Shown here: positions 61,101 to 64,000 of the stretch, one piece after another
Numbering within the stretch: the stretch's first letter is position 1
Layout of the letters: the number at the start of each line of letters is the position of its first letter
Assembly (NCBI GenBank): GCA_000002435.2
Contig: CM018793.1
Source of the DNA: Giardia intestinalis
Lineage: Eukaryota
DNA length: 64,000 nucleotides
Direction: 5' to 3' (one strand)
Position numbers and translations under genes: made by a program
The notes under the pieces: generated by a model
The model's database searches: none
What the model was told of the DNA's origin: nothing
The model's input: the letters and a program-made list of their open reading frames with translations, nothing else

Positions 61101-64000
61101 TTGCTCTGCCCTTGCGGCTGCCTCGTCCTCCAGGGCTTGAATCCGCGTTCTGGCGGCCTCGACACTGGCCGTTGTTCGGGAAAGTTCGTCACTCAGCTGG
61201 CCGATCTCCTTGTCCTTTGCATCAAGGGTGGCATGGAGGTCATCTCGCTCGGCCTCGAGTTGAACGATGCGCTCTGCAGCGCCTTCATTGTCTTGCGCAC
61301 GTAGTTGTTGAAGCTCGCGCTCGCGGTTGTCTGCCTCCTCGCGAAGTCTTTCTGCCTCATTCCGGAGCATGTCAAGCGCCACTGTCTTCTCATCGAGCTC
61401 GCCCTGCTTTTGCTCCAGCTCCTTCCTAAGAGCGCTTGCTTCAATAGTATAAATTTGAGTATCTGACATCTGTGATTTAAGCTCACTAACAAAATCTTCC
61501 AACCGTTGAGTACGTTCTTTGGAATCGTTCGCTCTTTCCTCTGATGCCTTATTTAATTTTTTCAGGTCTGCTACCTCTGTCAAAAGTTCCTTTTTGTCGC
61601 GCTCGAGTTGAGCCACGCGATCAACAAGATCTTGAGATTCCTCTGCCTCTAGTTTCATAGTGGCAATTTCATCCATTTGTGCATTTAAGTTATCCAATAG
61701 CTCCGCCATCTGAATTTCATTGGCTTGTGCCTCATGGGTTCGTCTGGCAAATTCCATCTGGGACGCGACAAGCGTCTGCTGGAGTTGGATGATCTCCTCT
61801 TGGTGCTGGCGAATCGCTTGTCGAAGATCTGGGATGGTATCCTGCATCTCGCGGATCTGGGCCTTGGCGTCGTTCATGGCTCCGAGGTTTTCGGTCAGGG
61901 CAGAGACCCTGTCCTCAGCGGCGGCGAGCTGGGCGCGGGCGGTCTGCAGGGCGTCCTGGGCCTCCGCCAGCTGAGCCGCGAGGGCATCTCGCTCGGCCTC
62001 CAGATTCTTGTGCTCGGCCTCCAGAGCTGCGGCCTCGTCGAGGGCCTTATCGAGGGCCGCACGGGCCTCATCGCGCTCGGCCTCTGCAGCACGCACGTCG
62101 GCCTCAAGGCGGCGGATGGCCTCGTCGCCGCCCTGCGCCTGCTGTGCCTTGGCGCGGAACTTCTCGGCGGCATCGGCGAGGGCCTCTGTGCCTGCTGCTG
62201 CGTGTGCCTCGAGCTCGGCGATTTTGGCGCGGGCGTCGGCAAGCCTTTCTTCGGCGGCCTTGGCCTGAGCCTCCAGCTCTGCAGCGCGCTCTGCAAGCGC
62301 CTCTGCGTCGCGAGCACGCACGGCATCTTCGGCCGCCTGCTCGCGGAGGCGCGCCAGCTCCTCGGAGAGATCCTCGAGCTGGGCCGCCTTGAGCTGGGCG
62401 TCTTCCTGGTGGGCGGCGGCCTGCTCGCGCGCTTCACGGAGCGCCGCTGCGTTCTCGGCTGCGTCGCGGCGGAGGGCTGCAAGCTCCTGCTGAAGCTGCT
62501 GCGCGGCGTCGCCGTGGTCGGCAATCCCGTCGATCGCCTCTGCAAGCGCCTTCTCGCGGGCCTCGAGCTTGTCTGTAAGGGCGGCGCTTTCGTCTTCGAG
62601 GCGACGGATCCTGTTCTGGGCGTCCTCGAGCGCGCCGTCTGTAGCGCTTCTTTTGAGGTCCATGGCAGTAAGCTGGCGCTCGCGGTCCCGGACCTCCTCT
62701 GCTCGCGCTTCGGCCTTGCGGCCCAGCGATTGAAGGGCACTCTCCAGCTCGTCGACGCGGTTGCGCAGCCGTGCCGTCTTGGCGGCGCTTTCTTCTGCTT
62801 GCTCTGCCCTTGCGGCTGCCTCGTCCTCCAGGGCTTGAATCCGCGTTCTGGCGGCCTCGACACTGGCCGTTGTTCGGGAAAGTTCGTCACTCAGCTGGCC
62901 GATCTCCTTGTCCTTTGCATCAAGGGTGGCATGGAGGTCATCTCGCTCGGCCTCGAGTTGAACGATGCGCTCTGCAGCGCCTTCATTGTCTTGCGCACGT
63001 AGTTGTTGAAGCTCGCGCTCGCGGTTGTCTGCCTCCTCGCGAAGTCTTTCTGCCTCATTCCGGAGCATGTCAAGCGCCACTGTCTTCTCATCGAGCTCGC
63101 CCTGCTTTTGCTCCAGCTCCTTCCTAAGAGTTCCAAGCTCCATTTCCTGCATCCCTGCATCTATCTGCTTGCTCTTGAGCTCTGACAAATAATCTTCGAG
63201 CATTTGGGTGCGCTCCTTCGAATCGGAAGCCTGCTGCTCGAGATGAGAAAGTGCATCAATCTTGTCGTGTGCTTCCTGGAGCTCGCGACGAAGCTCAGCG
63301 ATTTCGTCTGCCTGACGCTGTGCTAAAGTGTCTTTATCTCTGGCTGCTTCTTCTAAATAGTGGACCTGGGCCTTGGCGTCGTTCATGGCTCCGAGGTTTT
63401 CGGTCAGGGCAGAGACCCTGTCCTCAGCGGCGGCGAGCTGGGCGCGGGCGGTCTGCAGGGCGTCCTGGGCCTCCGCCAGCTGAGCCGCGAGGGCATCTCG
63501 CTCGGCCTCCAGATTCTTGTGCTCGGCCTCCAGAGCTGCGGCCTCGTCGAGGGCCTTATCGAGGGCCGCACGGGCCTCATCGCGCTCGGCCTCTGCAGCA
63601 CGCACGTCGGCCTCAAGGCGGCGGATGGCCTCGTCGCCGCCCTGCGCCTGCTGTGCCTTGGCGCGGAACTTCTCGGCGGCATCGGCGAGGGCCTCTGTGC
63701 CTGCTGCTGCGTGTGCCTCGAGCTCGGCGATTTTGGCGCGGGCGTCGGCAAGCCTTTCTTCGGCGGCCTTGGCCTGAGCCTCCAGCTCTGCAGCGCGCTC
63801 TGCAAGCGCCTCTGCGTCGCGAGCACGCACGGCATCTTCGGCCGCCTGCTCGCGGAGGCGCGCCAGCTCCTCGGAGAGATCCTCGAGCTGGGCCGCCTTG
63901 AGCTGGGCGTCTTCCTGGTGGGCGGCGGCCTGCTCGCGCGCTTCACGGAGCGCCGCTGCGTTCTCGGCTGCGTCGCGGCGGAGGGCTGCAAGCTCCTGCT
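43194..64000 (-). CDS. Giant Ala/Glu-rich coiled-coil protein built from tandem ~503/566-aa repeats, partial (N-terminus beyond window end), more than 6878 codons in window
   Basis: Stop TGA at 43194-43196 (verified). Unique ~280-aa C-terminal tail (43194 to ~44028). Upstream of it the frame stays open through at least 12 near-identical repeat units to the window edge. The track's first M is mid-repeat, so the ORF almost certainly continues past 64000. The sequence is continuous heptad-type (AEALAERAAELEAQAKAAEERLADARAKIAELEAH...). Confidence 0.85.
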   Translation of the reverse strand, partial: QELAALRRDAAENAAALREAREQAAAHQEDAQLKAAQLEDLSEELARLREQAAEDAVRARDAEALAERAAELEAQAKAAEERLADARAKIAELEAHAAAGTEALADAAEKFRAKAQQAQGGDEAIRRLEADVRAAEAERDEARAALDKALDEAAALEAEHKNLEAERDALAAQLAEAQDALQTARAQLAAAEDRVSALTENLGAMNDAKAQVHYLEEAARDKDTLAQRQADEIAELRRELQEAHDKIDALSHLEQQASDSKERTQMLEDYLSELKSKQIDAGMQEMELGTLRKELEQKQGELDEKTVALDMLRNEAERLREEADNRERELQQLRAQDNEGAAERIVQLEAERDDLHATLDAKDKEIGQLSDELSRTTASVEAARTRIQALEDEAAARAEQAEESAAKTARLRNRVDELESALQSLGRKAEARAEEVRDRERQLTAMDLKRSATDGALEDAQNRIRRLEDESAALTDKLEAREKALAEAIDGIADHGDAAQQLQQELAALRRDAAENAAALREAREQAAAHQEDAQLKAAQLEDLSEELARLREQAAEDAVRARDAEALAERAAELEAQAKAAEERLADARAKIAELEAHAAAGTEALADAAEKFRAKAQQAQGGDEAIRRLEADVRAAEAERDEARAALDKALDEAAALEAEHKNLEAERDALAAQLAEAQDALQTARAQLAAAEDRVSALTENLGAMNDAKAQIREMQDTIPDLRQAIRQHQEEIIQLQQTLVASQMEFARRTHEAQANEIQMAELLDNLNAQMDEIATMKLEAEESQDLVDRVAQLERDKKELLTEVADLKKLNKASEERANDSKERTQRLEDFVSELKSQMSDTQIYTIEASALRKELEQKQGELDEKTVALDMLRNEAERLREEADNRERELQQLRAQDNEGAAERIVQLEAERDDLHATLDAKDKEIGQLSDELSRTTASVEAARTRIQALEDEAAARAEQAEESAAKTARLRNRVDELESALQSLGRKAEARAEEVRDRERQLTAMDLKRSATDGALEDAQNRIRRLEDESAALTDKLEAREKALAEAIDGIADHGDAAQQLQQELAALRRDAAENAAALREAREQAAAHQEDAQLKAAQLEDLSEELARLREQAAEDAVRARDAEALAERAAELEAQAKAAEERLADARAKIAELEAHAAAGTEALADAAEKFRAKAQQAQGGDEAIRRLEADVRAAEAERDEARAALDKALDEAAALEAEHKNLEAERDALAAQLAEAQDALQTARAQLAAAEDRVSALTENLGAMNDAKAQIREMQDTIPDLRQAIRQHQEEIIQLQQTLVASQMEFARRTHEAQANEIQMAELLDNLNAQMDEIATMKLEAEESQDLVDRVAQLERDKKELLTEVADLKKLNKASEERANDSKERTQRLEDFVSELKSQMSDTQIYTIEASALRKELEQKQGELDEKTVALDMLRNEAERLREEADNRERELQQLRAQDNEGAAERIVQLEAERDDLHATLDAKDKEIGQLSDELSRTTASVEAARTRIQALEDEAAARAEQAEESAAKTARLRNRVDELESALQSLGRKAEARAEEVRDRERQLTAMDLKRSATDGALEDAQNRIRRLEDESAALTDKLEAREKALAEAIDGIADHGDAAQQLQQELAALRRDAAENAAALREAREQAAAHQEDAQLKAAQLEDLSEELARLREQAAEDAVRARDAEALAERAAELEAQAKAAEERLADARAKIAELEAHAAAGTEALADAAEKFRAKAQQAQGGDEAIRRLEADVRAAEAERDEARAALDKALDEAAALEAEHKNLEAERDALAAQLAEAQDALQTARAQLAAAEDRVSALTENLGAMNDAKAQVHYLEEAARDKDTLAQRQADEIAELRRELQEAHDKIDALSHLEQQASDSKERTQMLEDYLSELKSKQIDAGMQEMELGTLRKELEQKQGELDEKTVALDMLRNEAERLREEADNRERELQQLRAQDNEGAAERIVQLEAERDDLHATLDAKDKEIGQLSDELSRTTASVEAARTRIQALEDEAAARAEQAEESAAKTARLRNRVDELESALQSLGRKAEARAEEVRDRERQLTAMDLKRSATDGALEDAQNRIRRLEDESAALTDKLEAREKALAEAIDGIADHGDAAQQLQQELAALRRDAAENAAALREAREQAAAHQEDAQLKAAQLEDLSEELARLREQAAEDAVRARDAEALAERAAELEAQAKAAEERLADARAKIAELEAHAAAGTEALADAAEKFRAKAQQAQGGDEAIRRLEADVRAAEAERDEARAALDKALDEAAALEAEHKNLEAERDALAAQLAEAQDALQTARAQLAAAEDRVSALTENLGAMNDAKAQIREMQDTIPDLRQAIRQHQEEIIQLQQTLVASQMEFARRTHEAQANEIQMAELLDNLNAQMDEIATMKLEAEESQDLVDRVAQLERDKKELLTEVADLKKLNKASEERANDSKERTQRLEDFVSELKSQMSDTQIYTIEASALRKELEQKQGELDEKTVALDMLRNEAERLREEADNRERELQQLRAQDNEGAAERIVQLEAERDDLHATLDAKDKEIGQLSDELSRTTASVEAARTRIQALEDEAAARAEQAEESAAKTARLRNRVDELESALQSLGRKAEARAEEVRDRERQLTAMDLKRSATDGALEDAQNRIRRLEDESAALTDKLEAREKALAEAIDGIADHGDAAQQLQQELAALRRDAAENAAALREAREQAAAHQEDAQLKAAQLEDLSEELARLREQAAEDAVRARDAEALAERAAELEAQAKAAEERLADARAKIAELEAHAAAGTEALADAAEKFRAKAQQAQGGDEAIRRLEADVRAAEAERDEARAALDKALDEAAALEAEHKNLEAERDALAAQLAEAQDALQTARAQLAAAEDRVSALTENLGAMNDAKAQIREMQDTIPDLRQAIRQHQEEIIQLQQTLVASQMEFARRTHEAQANEIQMAELLDNLNAQMDEIATMKLEAEESQDLVDRVAQLERDKKELLTEVADLKKLNKASEERANDSKERTQRLEDFVSELKSQMSDTQIYTIEASALRKELEQKQGELDEKTVALDMLRNEAERLREEADNRERELQQLRAQDNEGAAERIVQLEAERDDLHATLDAKDKEIGQLSDELSRTTASVEAARTRIQALEDEAAARAEQAEESAAKTARLRNRVDELESALQSLGRKAEARAEEVRDRERQLTAMDLKRSATDGALEDAQNRIRRLEDESAALTDKLEAREKALAEAIDGIADHGDAAQQLQQELAALRRDAAENAAALREAREQAAAHQEDAQLKAAQLEDLSEELARLREQAAEDAVRARDAEALAERAAELEAQAKAAEERLADARAKIAELEAHAAAGTEALADAAEKFRAKAQQAQGGDEAIRRLEADVRAAEAERDEARAALDKALDEAAALEAEHKNLEAERDALAAQLAEAQDALQTARAQLAAAEDRVSALTENLGAMNDAKAQIREMQDTIPDLRQAIRQHQEEIIQLQQTLVASQMEFARRTHEAQANEIQMAELLDNLNAQMDEIATMKLEAEESQDLVDRVAQLERDKKELLTEVADLKKLNKASEERANDSKERTQRLEDFVSELKSQMSDTQIYTIEASALRKELEQKQGELDEKTVALDMLRNEAERLREEADNRERELQQLRAQDNEGAAERIVQLEAERDDLHATLDAKDKEIGQLSDELSRTTASVEAARTRIQALEDEAAARAEQAEESAAKTARLRNRVDELESALQSLGRKAEARAEEVRDRERQLTAMDLKRSATDGALEDAQNRIRRLEDESAALTDKLEAREKALAEAIDGIADHGDAAQQLQQELAALRRDAAENAAALREAREQAAAHQEDAQLKAAQLEDLSEELARLREQAAEDAVRARDAEALAERAAELEAQAKAAEERLADARAKIAELEAHAAAGTEALADAAEKFRAKAQQAQGGDEAIRRLEADVRAAEAERDEARAALDKALDEAAALEAEHKNLEAERDALAAQLAEAQDALQTARAQLAAAEDRVSALTENLGAMNDAKAQIREMQDTIPDLRQAIRQHQEEIIQLQQTLVASQMEFARRTHEAQANEIQMAELLDNLNAQMDEIATMKLEAEESQDLVDRVAQLERDKKELLTEVADLKKLNKASEERANDSKERTQRLEDFVSELKSQMSDTQIYTIEASALRKELEQKQGELDEKTVALDMLRNEAERLREEADNRERELQQLRAQDNEGAAERIVQLEAERDDLHATLDAKDKEIGQLSDELSRTTASVEAARTRIQALEDEAAARAEQAEESAAKTARLRNRVDELESALQSLGRKAEARAEEVRDRERQLTAMDLKRSATDGALEDAQNRIRRLEDESAALTDKLEAREKALAEAIDGIADHGDAAQQLQQELAALRRDAAENAAALREAREQAAAHQEDAQLKAAQLEDLSEELARLREQAAEDAVRARDAEALAERAAELEAQAKAAEERLADARAKIAELEAHAAAGTEALADAAEKFRAKAQQAQGGDEAIRRLEADVRAAEAERDEARAALDKALDEAAALEAEHKNLEAERDALAAQLAEAQDALQTARAQLAAAEDRVSALTENLGAMNDAKAQVHYLEEAARDKDTLAQRQADEIAELRRELQEAHDKIDALSHLEQQASDSKERTQMLEDYLSELKSKQIDAGMQEMELGTLRKELEQKQGELDEKTVALDMLRNEAERLREEADNRERELQQLRAQDNEGAAERIVQLEAERDDLHATLDAKDKEIGQLSDELSRTTASVEAARTRIQALEDEAAARAEQAEESAAKTARLRNRVDELESALQSLGRKAEARAEEVRDRERQLTAMDLKRSATDGALEDAQNRIRRLEDESAALTDKLEAREKALAEAIDGIADHGDAAQQLQQELAALRRDAAENAAALREAREQAAAHQEDAQLKAAQLEDLSEELARLREQAAEDAVRARDAEALAERAAELEAQAKAAEERLADARAKIAELEAHAAAGTEALADAAEKFRAKAQQAQGGDEAIRRLEADVRAAEAERDEARAALDKALDEAAALEAEHKNLEAERDALAAQLAEAQDALQTARAQLAAAEDRVSALTENLGAMNDAKAQVHYLEEAARDKDTLAQRQADEIAELRRELQEAHDKIDALSHLEQQASDSKERTQMLEDYLSELKSKQIDAGMQEMELGTLRKELEQKQGELDEKTVALDMLRNEAERLREEADNRERELQQLRAQDNEGAAERIVQLEAERDDLHATLDAKDKEIGQLSDELSRTTASVEAARTRIQALEDEAAARAEQAEESAAKTARLRNRVDELESALQSLGRKAEARAEEVRDRERQLTAMDLKRSATDGALEDAQNRIRRLEDESAALTDKLEAREKALAEAIDGIADHGDAAQQLQQELAALRRDAAENAAALREAREQAAAHQEDAQLKAAQLEDLSEELARLREQAAEDAVRARDAEALAERAAELEAQAKAAEERLADARAKIAELEAHAAAGTEALADAAEKFRAKAQQAQGGDEAIRRLEADVRAAEAERDEARAALDKALDEAAALEAEHKNLEAERDALAAQLAEAQDALQTARAQLAAAEDRVSALTENLGAMNDAKAQVHYLEEAARDKDTLAQRQADEIAELRRELQEAHDKIDALSHLEQQASDSKERTQMLEDYLSELKSKQIDAGMQEMELGTLRKELEQKQGELDEKTVALDMLRNEAERLREEADNRERELQQLRAQDNEGAAERIVQLEAERDDLHATLDAKDKEIGQLSDELSRTTASVEAARTRIQALEDEAAARAEQAEESAAKTARLRNRVDELESALQSLGRKAEARAEEVRDRERQLTAMDLKRSATDGALEDAQNRIRRLEDESAALTDKLEAREKALAEAIDGIADHGDAAQQLQQELAALRRDAAENAAALREAREQAAAHQEDAQLKAAQLEDLSEELARLREQAAEDAVRARDAEALAERAAELEAQAKAAEERLADARAKIVELEAHAAAGTEALADAAEKFRAKAQQAQGGDEAIRRLEADVRAAEAERDEARAALDKALDEAAALEAEHKNLEAERDALAAQLAEAQDALQTARAQLAAAEDRVSALTENLGAMNDAKAQVHYLEEAARDKDTLAQRQADEIAELRRELQEAHDKIDALSHLEQQASDSKERTQMLEDYLSELKSKQIDAGMQEMELGTLRKELEQKQGELDEKTVALDMLRNEAERLREEADNRERELQQLRAQDNEGAAERIVQLEAERDDLHATLDAKDKEIGQLSDELSRTTASVEAARTRIQALEDEAAARAEQAEESAAKTARLRNRVDELESALQSLGRKAEARAEEVRDRERQLTAMDLKRSATDGALEDAQNRIRRLEDESAALTDKLEAREKALAEAIDGIADHGDAAQQLQQELAALRRDAAENAAALREAREQAAAHQEDAQLKAAQLEDLSEELARLREQAAEDAVRARDAEALAERAAELEAQAKAAEERLADARAKIAELEAHAAAGTEALADAAEKFRAKAQQAQGGDEAIRRLEADVRAAEAERDEARAALDKALDEAAALEAEHKNLEAERDALAAQLAEAQDALQTARAQLAAAEDRVSALTENLGAMNDAKAQIREMQDTIPDLRQAIRQHQEEIIQLQQTLVASQTNTVVHTFETGKEFLNGLIKSSAILSSLDSKIDSAALTEELAILKHEIDRLQSLAHKDLKLHDETVSQSVDNLVLLLNSRNAEVERKISEISRLKEEIAILEERIQAKDNKILEYKDALNERFDWTYNSDPGEETLALRDEVQKLTDDLHYTEDELARVITAVGQLEHALTKLREANIEKNSELVRLRNILHENNINFALDASISDARINTSLQHLSGLKNDLYAKAREAELSLDGKDSYLTSPEAVSLKAELSMLKRELAEKDCIIAELQKAQNA
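44162..45670 (-). repeat. Exemplar short (1509 bp, 503 aa) unit; carries the 235-bp short variable module at 45398-45632 (..AKAQ-VHYLEEAARDKDTLAQRQADEIAELRRELQEAHDKIDALSHLEQQASDSKERTQMLEDYLSELKSKQIDAGMQEMELGT-LRKELEQKQ..)
   Basis: Direct comparison with neighbouring units in the sequence. Confidence 0.85.
50198..51895 (-). repeat. Exemplar long (1698 bp, 566 aa) unit; carries the 424-bp long variable module at 51434-51857 (..AKAQ-IREMQDTIPDLRQAIRQHQEEIIQLQQTLVASQMEFARRTHEAQANEIQMAELLDNLNAQMDEIATMKLEAEESQDLVDRVAQLERDKKELLTEVADLKKLNKASEERANDSKERTQRLEDFVSELKSQMSDTQIYTIEASA-LRKELEQKQ..)
   Basis: The module is visibly AT-richer (taaatttgagtatctgacatctgtgatttaagctcactaacaaaatcttcc...) than the GC-rich shared flanks. 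The 189-bp length difference accounts for 1698 vs 1509. Confidence 0.85.

Larger units (their letters stand above)
44029..64000 (-). repeat. Intragenic tandem array of 1509-bp and 1698-bp units, near-identical copies, truncated by window end
   Basis: Phase markers (identical alternative-frame ORF starts) sit at 44162, 45671, 47180, 48689, 50198, 51896, 53594, 55292, 56990, 58499, 60197, 61895 and 63404. Successive unit lengths are 1509 (four times), 1698 (four times), 1509, 1698, 1698, 1509, then a partial unit. Translated copies are letter-for-letter identical apart from isolated substitutions. Confidence 0.9.

Noticed and set aside
44052-63991. Dozens of long alternative-frame ORFs across the repeat array, on both strands: 331-aa Pro/Arg/Ser-rich on the minus strand, 383-425-aa Gly/Leu-rich on the plus strand, and 216-, 118-, 99-, 86- and 82-aa ORFs
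   Set aside because: They recur with exactly the repeat period. They have extreme low-complexity composition. They arise because the GC-rich GCN/GAG-type codons of the Ala/Glu coiled coil lack stop codons in shifted and antisense frames. The single coherent heptad-bearing frame is the minus-strand 43194..64000 ORF.
44029-64000. Tandem repeat array as a possible CRISPR or satellite
   Set aside because: Units are 1.5-1.7 kb, protein-coding, with no spacer/repeat alternation. The context is eukaryotic. It is an intragenic coding repeat.

Overview
This window looks like nuclear DNA from a diplomonad, most probably Giardia (G. intestinalis-like). It is eukaryotic, intron-free and extremely compact, with gene spacers of 18-460 bp, about 49% GC outside the repeat, and short AT-rich tracts directly upstream of each ATG. 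Three AGTRAAY polyadenylation-type motifs lie 7-11 nt after stop codons. The diagnostic genes are a CxxC/GGCY cysteine-rich surface protein of the VSP/HCMP family, three 'protein 21.1'-type ankyrin plus coiled-coil proteins with the Giardia-style TALMxAA ankyrin variant, and a NEK-like pseudokinase. From 5' to 3' the window holds the following.
- A partial VSP/HCMP-like gene on the minus strand. It runs off the window start and is missing from the ORF track.
- A 962-aa hypothetical protein.
- Valyl-tRNA synthetase (HIGH, KMSKS and WCISRQ motifs).
- An acid-sphingomyelinase-like metallophosphoesterase.
- Two tandem paralogous ankyrin/coiled-coil/ankyrin genes on the minus strand.
- A possible small divergent ORF.
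- A 2653-aa Raptor (TORC1 scaffold) orthologue.
- A third coiled-coil/ankyrin gene.
- A NEK-like pseudokinase.
- A 262-aa coiled-coil protein.
- A 3049-aa low-complexity protein.
- A giant minus-strand coiled-coil gene with more than 6878 codons in the window and its N-terminus beyond the window end. Its body is a tandem array of at least 12 near-identical 1509-bp and 1698-bp units filling the last ~20 kb.
Nothing here resembles a prokaryotic system (CRISPR, operons, RBS). The many long ORFs in other frames across the repeat are frame artefacts of GC-rich Ala/Glu codons. The ORF track reports some non-ATG (TTG) starts, which I corrected for two genes. All similarity statements come from reading motifs by eye; no database search was run.
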